From the sequence record PZ445517.1: a stretch of DNA of 64,000 bases; one strand, 5' to 3'. Numbering within the stretch: the stretch's first letter is position 1; every line of letters starts with the position of its first letter. The notes beneath the pieces were generated by a model that saw nothing but the letters and a program-made list of their open reading frames with translations, made no database searches and was not told the DNA's origin. Positions 22,236-33,331 of this stretch are shown here, piece after piece. This DNA is from a phage. The position numbers and the translations under genes are program-made.

Positions 22236-22243
22236 TATAAATA
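22236..22243 (+). promoter_or_regulatory. late promoter (TATAAATA) of gene 34
   Basis: Exact TATAAATA about 35 nt upstream of gene 34 ATG. Confidence 0.7.
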
Positions 22244-22277
22244 CTTATTATTGAAAACACAATAGGAGCCCGGGAGA

Positions 22278-25200
22278 ATGGCCGAGACTAAAAGAAAGTT
22301 CAGAGCAGAAGATGGTCTGGACGCAGGTGGCGATAAAATAATCAACGTAGCTTTAGCTGATCGTACCGTAGGAACTGACGGTGTTAACGTTGATTACTTA
22401 ATTCAAGAAAACACAGTTCAACAATATGATCCAACTCGTGGATATTTAAAAGATTTTGTAATCATTTATAATAATCGTTTTTGGGCAGCAACGGATAATA
22501 TTCCAAAACCTGCTGGAAGTTTTAATAGAATTCGTTGGAAAGCATTACGTACTGATGCCGTATATACAACCGTATCATCTGGACCATATCAATTAAAATC
22601 CGGAGAAGCAATTTCAGTAGATACATCAGTTGGTAATGACATTGAGTTTAATTTACCGCCTTCTCCGCTTGATGGAGAAACCGTAATAATTCAAGATATT
22701 GGTGGAAAACCTGGTATAAATCAGGTTAAAATAAATTCTTCAAATCAGAGTATTGTTAATTTTAGAGGTGAACAAGTACGTTCAGTTCTAATGACTCATC
22801 CAAAGTCACAGATGATATTCATTTTTAATAATCGTTTGTGGCAAATGTATGTTGCTGATTATAGCAGAGAAGCTGCGATTGTTACTCCATCGACTGCATA
22901 TCAAGCACAATCTAATGATTTTATCGTGCGTAGATTTACTTCCGCTGCGCCGATTAATATTAAACTTCCGAGATTTGCTAATCATGGCGATATTATTAAT
23001 TTCGTTGATTTAGATAAATTAAATCCACTTTATCATACAATTGTCACGACATATGATGAAACAACTTCAGTACAAGAAGTTGGAACTCATTCTATTGAAG
23101 GCCGTACATTGATTGACGGTTTCTTGATGTTTGATGATAATGAAAAATTATGGAGATTGTTTGACGGGGATAGTAAAGCACGTTTACGCATTATAACAAC
23201 TAATTCTAATATTCGTCCAAATGAAGAAGTTATGGTATTTGGTGCGAATAACGGAACACCCCAAACAATTGAACTTCAGCTTCCAACCGATATTTCCATT
23301 GGTGATACTGTTAAAATTTCCATGAATTACATGAGAAAAGGACAAACAGTTAAAATCAAAGCTGCCGGTGAAGATAAAATTGCTTCTTCAGTTCAATTGC
23401 TGCAATTCCCAAAACGTTCAGAATATCCACCTGAAGCTGAATGGGTGACTGTTCAAGAATTAGTTTTTAACGGCGAAACCAATTATGTTCCAGTTTTACA
23501 GCTTGCTTATATAGAAGATTCTGATGGAAAATACTGGGTGGTGCAGCAAAACGTGCCAACAGTTGAAAGAGTTGATTCTTTAAATGATTCTACTAGAGCA
23601 AGATTAGGCGTAATTGCTTTAGCTACACAAGCTCAAGCAAATGCTGATTTAGAAAATTCTCCACAAAAAGAATTAGCAATTACACCAGAAACATTAGCTA
23701 ACCGTACTGCCACAGAAACTCGTAGAGGTATCGCAAGAATAGCAACTACTGCTCAAGTAAATCAGAACACCACATTCTCTTTTGCTGATGATATTATCAT
23801 CACTCCTAAAAAGCTGAATGAAAGAACTGCTACAGAAACTCGTAGAGGTGTCGCTGAAATTGCTACGCAGCAGGAAACTAATACAGGTACTGATGATACT
23901 ACAATCATCACTCCTAAAAAGCTTCAAGCTCGACAAGGTTCTGAGTCATTATCTGGTATTGTAACCTTTGTATCTACTGCAGGAGCTACTCCAGCTTCTA
24001 GTCGTGAATTAAATGGTACAAACGTTTATAATAAAAACACTAATAATTTAGTTGTTTCGCCTAAAGCTTTGGATCAGTATAAAGCTACTCCAACGCAACA
24101 AGGTGCAGTAATTTTAGCAGTTGAAAGTGAAGTAATTGCTGGACAAAGCCAAGAAGGATGGGCAAATGCGGTTGTAACGCCAGAAACGTTACATAAAAAG
24201 ACATCAACTGATGCAAGAATTGGTTTAATTGAAATTGCTACGCAAAGTGAAGTTAATACAGGAACTGATTATACTCGTGCAGTCACTCCTAAAACTTTAA
24301 ATGACCGTAAAGCAACTGAAAGTTTAACTGGTATAGCTGAAATTGCTACGCAAGTTGAATTCGACGCAGGCGTCGACGATACTCGTATCTCTACACCATT
24401 AAAAATTAAAACCAGATTTAATAGTACTGATCGTACTTCTGTTGTTGCTCTATCTGGATTAGTTGAATCAGGAACTCTCTGGGACCATTATACCCTTAAT
24501 ATTCTTGAAGCAAATGAGACACAGCGTGGTACACTTCGTGTAGCTACACAAGTTGAAGCTGCTGCAGGAACATTGGATAATGTTCTAATAACTCCTAAAA
24601 AGCTTTTAGGTACTAAATCTACTGAAGCACAGGAAGGCGTTATTAAAGTTGCAACTCGGTCTGAAACTGTGGCTGGAACGTCAGCAAATACTGCTGTATC
24701 TCCAAAAAATTTAAAATGGATTGTGCAGAGTGAACCTACATGGGCAGCTACTACTGCGATAAGAGGTTTTGTTAAAACCTCATCTGGTTCAATTACGTTC
24801 GTTGGTAATGATACAGCTGGTTCTACGCAGGACTTAGAACTATATGAGAAAAATAACTATGCAGTATCACCATATGAATTAAACCGCGTATTAGCAAATT
24901 ATTTGCCGTTAAAAGCAAAAGCTGTAGATAGTAATTTATTAGATGGTTTAGATTCACTCCAGTTCATTCGTAGGGATATTGCGCAGACGGTTAATGGTTC
25001 ACTAACCTTAACACAACAAACGAATCTGAGTGCCCCTCTTGTATCATCTAGTACTGCTACGTTTGGTGGATCAGTTTCGGCAAATAGTACATTAACTATT
25101 TCTAATACTGGAACAGCAACTCGTCTGATTTTTGAGAAAGGACCTCAAACTGGGACGAACCCAGCTCAAACGATGACAGTCAGAGTGTGGGGAAATCAAT

Positions 25201-26147
25201 TCAGCGGTGAATCGGACACAACACGTTCTACTGTATTTGAAGTTAGTGATGAAACGTCTAGTCACTTTTATTCTCAGCGCAATAAAGCTGGTAATATAAC
25301 ATTTAATATCAATGGTACAGTAACACCAATAAATGTGAATGCTTCAGGCACATTGAATGTGAATGGCGTAGCAACATTCGGCAGTTCGGTGACCGCACAG
25401 GGTGAATTTATAACCTATAGTGCAAACGCATTTAGAGCTATTAGTGGTAATTACGGATTCTTTATCAGGAATGGTGGCAGCATCACACATTTTATGCTCA
25501 CTGAATCTGGCGACCAGACCGGTGGATTTAATGGATTACGTCCTTTATCTATTAATAATGCATCTGGTCAAGTAACGATTGGTGAAAGCTTAATCATTGC
25601 CAAAGGTGCTACTATAAGTTCAGGTGGTTTAACTGTCAACTCGAGAATTCGTTCTCAGGGTACTAAAACCTCTGATTTATATACTCGTGCGCCAACATCT
25701 GATACTGTAGGATTCTGGTCAATCGATATTAATGATTCAGCCACTTATAACCAGTTCCCGGGTTATTTTAAGATGGTTGAAAAAACTAATGAAGTGACTG
25801 GGCTTCCATACTTAGAACGTGGCGAAGAAGTTAAATCTCCTGGTACATTGACTCAGTTTGGTAACACACTTGATTCGCTTTACCAAGATTGGATTACTTA
25901 TCCAACTACCCCAGAAGCGCGCACCACTCGCTGGACACGCACATGGCAGAAAACCAAAAACTCTTGGTCAAGTTTTGTTCAGGTATTTGATGGGGGTAAC
26001 CCTCCTCAGCCGTCTGATATCGGTGCTTTACCATCTGATAATGCTATAATGGGGAATCTTACTATTCGTGATTTCTTACGAATTGGTAATGTTCGCATTA
26101 TTCCTGACCCAGTGAATAAAACGGTTAAATTTGAATGGGTTGAATAA
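22278..26147 (+). CDS. 34: long tail fibre proximal subunit gp34
   Basis: 1289 aa (T4 gp34 = 1289); late promoter TATAAATA upstream; internal repeated motifs. Confidence 0.95.
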   Translation: MAETKRKFRAEDGLDAGGDKIINVALADRTVGTDGVNVDYLIQENTVQQYDPTRGYLKDFVIIYNNRFWAATDNIPKPAGSFNRIRWKALRTDAVYTTVSSGPYQLKSGEAISVDTSVGNDIEFNLPPSPLDGETVIIQDIGGKPGINQVKINSSNQSIVNFRGEQVRSVLMTHPKSQMIFIFNNRLWQMYVADYSREAAIVTPSTAYQAQSNDFIVRRFTSAAPINIKLPRFANHGDIINFVDLDKLNPLYHTIVTTYDETTSVQEVGTHSIEGRTLIDGFLMFDDNEKLWRLFDGDSKARLRIITTNSNIRPNEEVMVFGANNGTPQTIELQLPTDISIGDTVKISMNYMRKGQTVKIKAAGEDKIASSVQLLQFPKRSEYPPEAEWVTVQELVFNGETNYVPVLQLAYIEDSDGKYWVVQQNVPTVERVDSLNDSTRARLGVIALATQAQANADLENSPQKELAITPETLANRTATETRRGIARIATTAQVNQNTTFSFADDIIITPKKLNERTATETRRGVAEIATQQETNTGTDDTTIITPKKLQARQGSESLSGIVTFVSTAGATPASSRELNGTNVYNKNTNNLVVSPKALDQYKATPTQQGAVILAVESEVIAGQSQEGWANAVVTPETLHKKTSTDARIGLIEIATQSEVNTGTDYTRAVTPKTLNDRKATESLTGIAEIATQVEFDAGVDDTRISTPLKIKTRFNSTDRTSVVALSGLVESGTLWDHYTLNILEANETQRGTLRVATQVEAAAGTLDNVLITPKKLLGTKSTEAQEGVIKVATRSETVAGTSANTAVSPKNLKWIVQSEPTWAATTAIRGFVKTSSGSITFVGNDTAGSTQDLELYEKNNYAVSPYELNRVLANYLPLKAKAVDSNLLDGLDSLQFIRRDIAQTVNGSLTLTQQTNLSAPLVSSSTATFGGSVSANSTLTISNTGTATRLIFEKGPQTGTNPAQTMTVRVWGNQFSGESDTTRSTVFEVSDETSSHFYSQRNKAGNITFNINGTVTPINVNASGTLNVNGVATFGSSVTAQGEFITYSANAFRAISGNYGFFIRNGGSITHFMLTESGDQTGGFNGLRPLSINNASGQVTIGESLIIAKGATISSGGLTVNSRIRSQGTKTSDLYTRAPTSDTVGFWSIDINDSATYNQFPGYFKMVEKTNEVTGLPYLERGEEVKSPGTLTQFGNTLDSLYQDWITYPTTPEARTTRWTRTWQKTKNSWSSFVQVFDGGNPPQPSDIGALPSDNAIMGNLTIRDFLRIGNVRIIPDPVNKTVKFEWVE
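23690..24720 (+). repeat. intragenic tandem repeats within gene 34
   Basis: DNA units ACAGAAACTCGTAGAGGT(A/G)TCGC and ATCATCACTCCTAAAAAGCT recur about 120 bp apart (23704/23824; 23796/23904); degenerate copies continue to about 24720. Confidence 0.7.
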
Positions 26148-26155
26148 GAGGTATT

Positions 26156-27271
26156 ATGGAAAAATTTATGGCAGAGTTTGGACAAGGATATGTCCAAACG
26201 CCATTTTTATCGGAAAGTAATTCAGTAAGATATAAAATAAGCATAGCGGGTTCTTGTCCGCTTTCTACAGCAGGACCATATGTTAAATTTCAGGATAATC
26301 CTATCGGAAGCCAAACGTTCGACGCAGGTCTTCATTTAAGAGTTTTTGACCCTTCCACAGGAGCATTAGTTGATAGTAAGTCATATGCTTTTTCTACTTC
26401 AAATAATACTACATCAGCTGCTTTTGTTAGTTTCATGAATTCTTTGTTAAACAATAGACTTGTTGCTATATTAACTAGCGGAAAGGTTAATTTTCCTCCT
26501 GAAGTGGTATCTTGGTTAAGGGGAGCAGGAACTTCAGTTTTTCCATCAGATTCCGTATTGTCAAGATTTGACGTATCATATGCTGCTTTTTATACTTCTT
26601 CTAAAAGAGCTATTGCATTAGAGCATGTTAAACTAAGTAATAGAAAAAGCACAGATGATTATCAAACTATTTTAGATGTTGTATTTGATAGTTTAGAAGA
26701 CGTTGGAGCTACGGGATTTCCTAAAAGAACATATGAAAGTGTCGAGCAATTCATGTCAGCGGTTGGTGGAACTAATAACGAAATTGCGCGATTGCCAACT
26801 TCAGCTGCTATAAGTAAACTTTCTGACTATAATTTAATTCCTGGTGATGTTCTTTATCTTAAAGCACAGTTATATGCTGATGCTGATTTACTTGATCTTG
26901 GAACTACAAATATATCCATTCGTTTTTATGATGCATCAAATGGATATATTTCTTCAACACAGGCTGAGTTTACTGGACAAGCTGGATCTTGGGAATTAAA
27001 GGAAGATTATGTAGTTGTTCCTGAAAATGCAGTCGGATTTACTATATATGCGCAGAGAACTGCTCAAGCTGGTCAAGGCGGAATGAGGAATTTAAGCTTT
27101 TCTGAAGTATCAAGAAATGGCGGCATTTCAAAACCTGCCGAATTTGGCGTCAACGGTATTCGCGTTAATTATGTCTGTGAATCGGCTTCACCTCCAGATA
27201 TAATGGTACTTCCTACACAAGCCTCTTCTAAAACTGGCAAAGTGTTTGGGCAAGAATTTAGAGAAGTTTAA
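26156..27271 (+). CDS. 35: long tail fibre hinge connector gp35
   Basis: 371 aa; follows 34 with 8-nt gap; terminator hairpin after stop. Confidence 0.9.
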   Translation: MEKFMAEFGQGYVQTPFLSESNSVRYKISIAGSCPLSTAGPYVKFQDNPIGSQTFDAGLHLRVFDPSTGALVDSKSYAFSTSNNTTSAAFVSFMNSLLNNRLVAILTSGKVNFPPEVVSWLRGAGTSVFPSDSVLSRFDVSYAAFYTSSKRAIALEHVKLSNRKSTDDYQTILDVVFDSLEDVGATGFPKRTYESVEQFMSAVGGTNNEIARLPTSAAISKLSDYNLIPGDVLYLKAQLYADADLLDLGTTNISIRFYDASNGYISSTQAEFTGQAGSWELKEDYVVVPENAVGFTIYAQRTAQAGQGGMRNLSFSEVSRNGGISKPAEFGVNGIRVNYVCESASPPDIMVLPTQASSKTGKVFGQEFREV

Positions 27272-27276
27272 ACTGA

Positions 27277-27300
27277 GGGAGCCTTTGGGTTCCCTTTTTC
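27277..27300 (+). terminator. intrinsic terminator after gene 35
   Basis: GGGAGCC-UUUG-GGUUCCC hairpin + UUUUU. Confidence 0.6.
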
Positions 27301-27302
27301 TT

Positions 27303-27310
27303 TATAAATA
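27303..27310 (+). promoter_or_regulatory. late promoter (TATAAATA) of gene 36
   Basis: Exact TATAAATA 24 nt upstream of gene 36 ATG. Confidence 0.65.
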
Positions 27311-27333
27311 ATATTAAAATAAAGGGGCATATA

Positions 27334-28023
27334 ATGGCTGATTTAAAAGTAGGTTCAACTGTGGGTGGATCTGTCATTTGGCATCAAGGAAATTTTCCAT
27401 TGAATTCAGCCGGTGACGATGTACTCTACAAATCATTTAAAATATATTCAGAATATAATAAACCACAGGCAGCTGATAACGATTTCGTTTCTAAAGCTAA
27501 TGGTGGCACAAAGTCTGGAGGTTTCCAAAAAGAAGTAGAATTTAAAGAAGGCGTTAAAATTTCTGCAACGTTTTCTAATGGTTCAGACCTGAATGGGTTA
27601 TATTCTGGCAATGGAGATGGAGCTTCCAGAGAAAAAGCTAACATGGATTTACATTCATGGTACGGCATTGGTATTTGGAACACATGCACAGGTGATGGGA
27701 TCCAGGGACGCACAATCTGGTTTAATGCCAGGCGTGGTACAATTGAAACAGTTGGCGATATTGTTTCGGGCCGACAAGTTATTTCTAATGCTTCAGTACC
27801 GACCGGCCCAGCACACTTAACTCGCAAAGATTATGTCGATGGAGCAATAAATACTGTTACGACAAATGCAAACTCTAGAGTGTTACGATCTGGTGACACC
27901 ATGACAGGAAATTTAACTGCGCCAAACCTTTTTTCACAGAATCCTGCATCTCAACCTTCACACGTTCCACGATTTGACCAAATCGTGATTAAGGATTCTG
28001 TTCAAGATTTCGGCTATTATTAA
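27334..28023 (+). CDS. 36: long tail fibre distal connector gp36
   Basis: 229 aa, [24 protein letters not shown]...; late promoter at 27303-27310. Confidence 0.9.
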   Translation: MADLKVGSTVGGSVIWHQGNFPLNSAGDDVLYKSFKIYSEYNKPQAADNDFVSKANGGTKSGGFQKEVEFKEGVKISATFSNGSDLNGLYSGNGDGASREKANMDLHSWYGIGIWNTCTGDGIQGRTIWFNARRGTIETVGDIVSGRQVISNASVPTGPAHLTRKDYVDGAINTVTTNANSRVLRSGDTMTGNLTAPNLFSQNPASQPSHVPRFDQIVIKDSVQDFGYY

Positions 28024-28031
28024 GAGGACTT

Positions 28032-31000
28032 ATGGCTACTTTAAAACAAATACAATTTAAAAGAAGCAAAACTGCAGGTCAACTTCCTGCTGCTTCAGTA
28101 TTAGCCGAAGGTGAATTGGCTATTAATTTAAAAGATAAAACAATTTTCACAAAAGATGACTCAGGCAATGTTATAGAATTAGGTTTAAAATATGGAGGAA
28201 CAATTGATGGTTCTTTAACTGTTAATGGAAATATAACTGGAACTTTAATTGGAAATTCTAGCACAGCTACTAAATTGCAAACACCTAGGAAAATTAATGG
28301 TATATCCTTTGACGGGTCAAAAGATATCACGCTAACTCCATCTGACATAAATGTCAATAGCACAACGTTTATAAAAAATAACGGCGAATTACCTACTAAT
28401 GCTAATTTAGATACGTATGGGCCCATTGAAGAATATCTTGGTGTTTGGTCGAAATCTACTTCAGTAAATGCGCAACCAGCAAATAAATTCCCAGAAGAAA
28501 ATGCCGTAGGTGTATTAGAAGTATTTGTGGCAGGCCAATTTGCTGGCACTCAGCGTTATACTGTTCGGTCTGGTAACGTTTATATTCGTTCCTTATCTGC
28601 TAAATGGAATGGCGTAGATGGTCCGTGGGGTGTATGGCGTAATGTTCAAGCGTCAACTCGTCCACTTTCACAAACGATTGATCTTGATAGCTTGGGAGAA
28701 TTAGAACATTGTGGCTTATGGCGAAACAGTTCAAGCGCAATCGCATCATTTGATCGCCATTATCCAGAAGAAGGATCAGCCGCACAAGGATTTTTAGAAA
28801 TATTTGAAGGTGGTTTATACACGAGAACGCAGCGATATACTACCCGCATGGGTATGGTTTATACTCGTTGTCTCGCTGCCGCATGGGATGCTAGCGCACC
28901 TAAGTGGGAGGAATGGAAGCAGGTTGGTCATGGCACACCAGCGACTTTCTATGACGGAGATCTGAATGATTTTAAAACTCCTGGGTTATATAATATTTTA
29001 GGCACTGATGCCGTTATTAACTGTCCTACCGGCGAAGGTTTGCCGACTGTTATTGTTGGTTTGCTGGAAGTTAAACAACGTGCTTCTGGCGGTGCTATTT
29101 TCCAAAAATTTACTACTGCCGGAACGGGTGCAACTACTCGCGATCGTATTTTTGAGCGTGCATATACTGGTGGTGTGTGGGGTGCATGGAACGAAGTATA
29201 TACGTCCTATTCTATGCCGATCACTCTGGGTATTGGTGGTGTTAAATCTCAATTAGCGGAGCTAGATTGGAACACATTTGATTTTGTTCCTGGCAGTATG
29301 TTTAGCGTTCCCTTGAACAAAATAAAGAATATGCCAGCAAATATGGATTGGGGCACGATTGATGGAAACCTGGTTATGTTTTCCGTTGGACCAAGCGAGA
29401 GTGACGGAACAGGTCGAACAGTTCAATTATGGCGTGGCAGAGCAACACAATCAGACTATCGTTATTTTGTTGTTCGTATTACTGGACCTTTGGCGAATAG
29501 AACTTGTACAGCTCGACGCGTTGTTCTTGAAGATGGTCGCCACACATGGACAGCTCAACAAGATTTTAATGGTGCTGTTAACTTCGGTGCTCCTACCAAT
29601 TTTAACTCTACTGTTAACCTTAATAACACTACCACTTTTAAAACAGAAGTTAAATTCCGCTCATCTAATGCATTCCGTATGTATGCCGGAAAATTTGGTA
29701 CAATTTTCCGTAATGATGGAGAGAGTCTTTATATTCTTTCCACCGACGAAGATGATCAAGCTGGAAACTTTAATACAAATAGACCTTTCCGTTATGAATT
29801 AAGAACTGGTGATGTTACTTTGGGTGGTGCTGTTGGTGCTAACGTTTTAATTTTAAAACGTGATTCTCTCACCGCATTTTTTGGCGGTGATATTAACATG
29901 AAAGGCACGATGACTTTTGACGCCGGGCGTTTAGGATCACGAGATTATTTTAAATTTAACCATTGGGGTGATAGTAATAATGCTCGTGATAACATCATCC
30001 AGTTAGAAGATAGTCAAGGCGCCCATTTTTCCACTGAACGTACTTTAGCGACAGGTGCAATTAAAACTCGTTTCTTTGGCGAAACATTCACTGATGGTAC
30101 ATTATACCTAAATCAGATGAATAATAGCTCTGAACGATTCTCTATTAATAATTGGGGAAATTCAGAAGTTGGTCGCGCGGCAGTGATGGAAGTCAGTGAT
30201 TCCAAAGGTTATCACTTCTATACGGAACGCAGGACAGATAACAGTTTGAATTTTGATGTTGCTGGCAATTTTACTGCGCATGGACCTTCCGGAATAACCA
30301 TCAAAAACTCAACTGGTGCACGACATATCTGGTTTAGAGATGATAGCGATGCAGAAAAGGCTGTTATCTGGGCTACAGATGAGGGTATTTTACATATTCG
30401 CAATAATCATGGGGGTTCATTTAGTCATCACTTCCAGGGTGCAATGATTAAAGCGGGAGAGCGTGTTCCATATAATGGTGAATACGCTCTTATCCGTGGT
30501 GATATTTCAGGTGGTGCATGGGTAGACTGGCGAGAGCGTCCGGCTGGATTGTTGGTAGACTGTCAGGACTCACGAAATCAAGCATATAACATTTGGAAAG
30601 CTACTCATTGGGGCGAACAGCACCTTGCGGCGATGGGTGTTCATGCTGGCGGTGGTAATCCTCATGTTGTATTGCATGTGGCTGGGAATGATTATGCATT
30701 TGCATTTAACGGTGATTTTACTGCTGGTGCTGCTGTATATTGTAACGACGTTTATATTCGTTCTGACCGTCGTCTGAAAATTAATGTTGAAGACTACGAA
30801 GAGAATGCGGTGGATAAGGTAAATAAACTCAAAGTTAAAACCTATGATAAAGTTAAATCTCTTTCTGACCGCGAAGTTATCGGCCATGAGATTGGTATTA
30901 TCGCACAGGATTTGCAAGAAGTATTACCGGAAGCTGTTAGCACTTCTAGTGTCGGATCTCAGGATAACCCAGAAGAAATTTTAACAATTTCTAACTCTGC

Positions 31001-31115
31001 TGTGAACGCGCTTTTAATTAAGGCTATTCAGGAAATGAGTGAAGAAATTAAAGAATTGAAAACGCCTCTCTTTACTAAAATTGCTCGCAAAATTAGTAAA
31101 TATTTTAAATTCTAA
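28032..31115 (+). CDS. 37: long tail fibre distal subunit gp37 with C-terminal intramolecular chaperone domain
   Basis: 1027 aa; N-terminus shares motif with gp36; C-terminal about 117 aa carries SDRRLK ... [15 protein letters not shown] chaperone/autocleavage motifs. Confidence 0.95.
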   Translation: MATLKQIQFKRSKTAGQLPAASVLAEGELAINLKDKTIFTKDDSGNVIELGLKYGGTIDGSLTVNGNITGTLIGNSSTATKLQTPRKINGISFDGSKDITLTPSDINVNSTTFIKNNGELPTNANLDTYGPIEEYLGVWSKSTSVNAQPANKFPEENAVGVLEVFVAGQFAGTQRYTVRSGNVYIRSLSAKWNGVDGPWGVWRNVQASTRPLSQTIDLDSLGELEHCGLWRNSSSAIASFDRHYPEEGSAAQGFLEIFEGGLYTRTQRYTTRMGMVYTRCLAAAWDASAPKWEEWKQVGHGTPATFYDGDLNDFKTPGLYNILGTDAVINCPTGEGLPTVIVGLLEVKQRASGGAIFQKFTTAGTGATTRDRIFERAYTGGVWGAWNEVYTSYSMPITLGIGGVKSQLAELDWNTFDFVPGSMFSVPLNKIKNMPANMDWGTIDGNLVMFSVGPSESDGTGRTVQLWRGRATQSDYRYFVVRITGPLANRTCTARRVVLEDGRHTWTAQQDFNGAVNFGAPTNFNSTVNLNNTTTFKTEVKFRSSNAFRMYAGKFGTIFRNDGESLYILSTDEDDQAGNFNTNRPFRYELRTGDVTLGGAVGANVLILKRDSLTAFFGGDINMKGTMTFDAGRLGSRDYFKFNHWGDSNNARDNIIQLEDSQGAHFSTERTLATGAIKTRFFGETFTDGTLYLNQMNNSSERFSINNWGNSEVGRAAVMEVSDSKGYHFYTERRTDNSLNFDVAGNFTAHGPSGITIKNSTGARHIWFRDDSDAEKAVIWATDEGILHIRNNHGGSFSHHFQGAMIKAGERVPYNGEYALIRGDISGGAWVDWRERPAGLLVDCQDSRNQAYNIWKATHWGEQHLAAMGVHAGGGNPHVVLHVAGNDYAFAFNGDFTAGAAVYCNDVYIRSDRRLKINVEDYEENAVDKVNKLKVKTYDKVKSLSDREVIGHEIGIIAQDLQEVLPEAVSTSSVGSQDNPEEILTISNSAVNALLIKAIQEMSEEIKELKTPLFTKIARKISKYFKF
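30762..31112 (+). other. intramolecular chaperone / autoproteolytic (peptidase S74-like) domain within gp37
   Basis: Ser911 at 30762 begins [13 protein letters not shown]...; motifs typical of tail-fibre/endosialidase C-terminal chaperone domains. Confidence 0.7.
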
Positions 31116-31151
31116 CAACAAGGGGGAAATGCCCCCTTTGGAGTATAAATT

Positions 31152-31931
31152 ATGGCAGTAGTTGGAGTTCCTGGCTGGATTGGAAGTTCAGCCGTAAATG
31201 AAACGGGTCAGCGCTGGATGAGTCAAGCAGCTGGTCAATTAAGATTGGGTGTTCCTTGCTGGATGAGTCAATTTGCAGGTCGCTCAAGAGAAATTATTCA
31301 TACACTTGGAGCAGACCATAACTTCAATGGTCAATGGTTCCGAGATAGATGTTTTGAGGCAGGTAGTACACCTATAGTGTTTAATATCACTGGAGATTTA
31401 GTATCATATTCTAAAGATGTTCCTTTATTCTTCATGTATGGAGATACACCGAATGAATATGTTCAGTTGAATATACACGGCGTAGCGATGTATGGCCGTG
31501 GCGGTAATGGCGGTAGCAATAGTCCTGGTTCAGCTGGCGGTCATTGTATTCAAAACGATATTGGTGGGAGACTAAGAATTAATAATGGCGGAGCTATTGC
31601 TGGAGGTGGCGGCGGCGGAGGCGGCGGCAACAGGGGTAGACTATCCTTTGGCGGCGGAGGCGGTCGTCCATTTGGCGCTGGTGGGTCTTCCTCTCATATG
31701 AGTGCTGGTGCAACCTCCGGCACTATTTACGCTCCGGGTGCAGGATCTGTCGGTGAGGGGTCTCTTAGTGCATATACAGGCGGGAATGGCGGTGAAGTTG
31801 GCTCCGCAGGAGGTAGATGTAATACTCACGGTACCGGTACAGAATATGACGGCGGTGCTGCTGGTTATGCCGTCATAGGGTCTACGCCGACATGGCAAAA
31901 CGTTGGAGCAATATATGGTCCAAGAGTATAA
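31152..31931 (+). CDS. 38: gp38 receptor-recognising adhesin (T2-type, glycine-rich motifs)
   Basis: 259 aa; poly-Gly motifs ([23 protein letters not shown]) separating variable segments; longer than T4 gp38 chaperone (183 aa). Confidence 0.85.
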   Translation: MAVVGVPGWIGSSAVNETGQRWMSQAAGQLRLGVPCWMSQFAGRSREIIHTLGADHNFNGQWFRDRCFEAGSTPIVFNITGDLVSYSKDVPLFFMYGDTPNEYVQLNIHGVAMYGRGGNGGSNSPGSAGGHCIQNDIGGRLRINNGGAIAGGGGGGGGGNRGRLSFGGGGGRPFGAGGSSSHMSAGATSGTIYAPGAGSVGEGSLSAYTGGNGGEVGSAGGRCNTHGTGTEYDGGAAGYAVIGSTPTWQNVGAIYGPRV

Positions 31932-31961
31932 TTTGAATAAATATCCTTAAAAGGAGGGTCT

Positions 31962-32618
31962 ATGGCAGCACCTAGAATATCATTTTCGCCCTCTGATATT
32001 CTGTTGGGTGTTCTAGATCGCTTGTTCAAAGATAACGCTACCGGGAAAGTTCTTGCTTCCCGGGTAGCTGTCGTAATTCTTTTGTTTATAATGGCGATTG
32101 TTTGGTATAGGGGAGATAGTTTCTTTGAGTACTATAAGCAATCAAAGTATGAAACATACAGTGAAATTATTGAAAAGGAAAGAAATGCACGCTTTGAATC
32201 TGTCGTCCTGGAACAACTCCAGATAGTTCACATATCATCTGAGGCAGACTTTAGTGCGGTGTATTCTTTCCGCCCTAAAAACTTAAACTATTTTGTTGAT
32301 ATTATAGCATACGAAGGAAAATTACCTTCAACAATAAGTGAAAAATCACTTGGAGAATATCCTGTTGATAAAACTATGGATGAATATACAGTTCATTTAA
32401 ATGGACGTCATTATTATTCCGACTCAAAATTTGCTTTTTTACCAACTAAAAAGCCTACTCCCGAAATAAATTACATGTACAGTTGTCCATATTTCAATTT
32501 GGATAATATCTATGCTGGAACAATAACCATGTACTGGTATAGAAATGATCATATAAGTAATGACCGCCTTGAATCAATATGTTCTCAGGCGGCCAGAATA
32601 TTAGGAAGGGCTAAATAA
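31962..32618 (+). CDS. t: holin T
   Basis: 218 aa with single TM helix (VVILLFIMAIVWY) and large periplasmic domain; matches T4 T. Confidence 0.9.
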   Translation: MAAPRISFSPSDILLGVLDRLFKDNATGKVLASRVAVVILLFIMAIVWYRGDSFFEYYKQSKYETYSEIIEKERNARFESVVLEQLQIVHISSEADFSAVYSFRPKNLNYFVDIIAYEGKLPSTISEKSLGEYPVDKTMDEYTVHLNGRHYYSDSKFAFLPTKKPTPEINYMYSCPYFNLDNIYAGTITMYWYRNDHISNDRLESICSQAARILGRAK

Positions 32619-32891
32619 TTATTTGTTTGTATACATCTCTAGATATCGATATACACCCTCAAAACCCTCGTTGAATTCGTCGATGAGGGTTTTCTTATCT
32701 TCTTGGGTTAATTCAGAAACAATTTTACGGAATGAATTCTGATTTAACTTTCTACCTTCATGCGTTACTCCAATCTCATTCAGAAATGCAATAAAATTAG
32801 CACGATTCTCAACAATATCTTCTCTGGAAAATTTAATCAAAATAGACGCAACAGTAATAATTTCACGAACTGTATCAATGTTTTTATTCAT
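32619..32891 (-). CDS. asiA: anti-sigma70 factor AsiA
   Basis: 90 aa, MNKNIDTVREIITVASILIKFSREDIVENRANFIAFLNEIG...; matches T4 AsiA. Confidence 0.9.
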   Translation of the reverse strand: MNKNIDTVREIITVASILIKFSREDIVENRANFIAFLNEIGVTHEGRKLNQNSFRKIVSELTQEDKKTLIDEFNEGFEGVYRYLEMYTNK

Positions 32892-32922
32892 TAACTATAC
32901 CACTCAATTAGTTGACTTTATT

Positions 32923-32952
32923 ATAATATCATCAGACACTTGATTTGTAAAC
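32923..32952 (-). promoter_or_regulatory. phage early promoter for asiA
   Basis: GTTTACA + 17 bp + TATTAT on minus strand. Confidence 0.5.
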
Positions 32953-33052
32953 TGGTCTGTGTTATTTTCTTCAAAAATTTTTTCTACGAATTCATTGAAC
33001 GACTCGCGTTCCTGAGCTACATTATGCTCGATTACCTTTTCAAGATTATGAC

Positions 33053-33331
33053 TCATTCAAAATAATCTTCAATTTCGTAATCATGGACATAAATCATTAT
33101 AGTTTTTAATACATCATCAATACTTTTTCCTGGAGCTGGAATTACGTAAAAATACCCCGCCTTTGAGTTATCTTTATAAGTTCCAACCAAGAAATCATTA
33201 TTTTCAAGATGTAGTTCTTCAACTAATTCATCGACAATTGAGTGGTATAAATTTGGTAGAAACTTATATAGCTTTTCTAGAATGTCAATTTTGATTGTAT
33301 ATTGAACCACAGATTGAGAATCAATAATCAT
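33053..33331 (-). CDS. arn: Arn anti-restriction nuclease (McrBC inhibitor)
   Basis: 92 aa, position after asiA as in T4. Confidence 0.75.
   Translation of the reverse strand: MIIDSQSVVQYTIKIDILEKLYKFLPNLYHSIVDELVEELHLENNDFLVGTYKDNSKAGYFYVIPAPGKSIDDVLKTIMIYVHDYEIEDYFE

Noticed and set aside
23694-23936. Minus-strand 80-aa ORF inside gene 34
   Set aside because: Lies in the repeat region of gene 34 on the opposite strand; an artefact of the repeats.
29008-29802. Alternative-frame plus-strand ORFs (82 and 147 aa) within gene 37
   Set aside because: Out of frame with the continuous 1027-aa gp37 ORF; hydrophobic low-complexity translations.
31143-31150. TATAAATT box just before gene 38 ATG as a late promoter
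   Set aside because: Ends only 2 nt before the start codon and overlaps the RBS, so a transcript from it would lack a leader; not an exact TATAAATA.
31641-31898. Minus-strand 85-aa ORF inside gene 38
   Set aside because: Reverse complement of the glycine-codon-rich region; shadow ORF.
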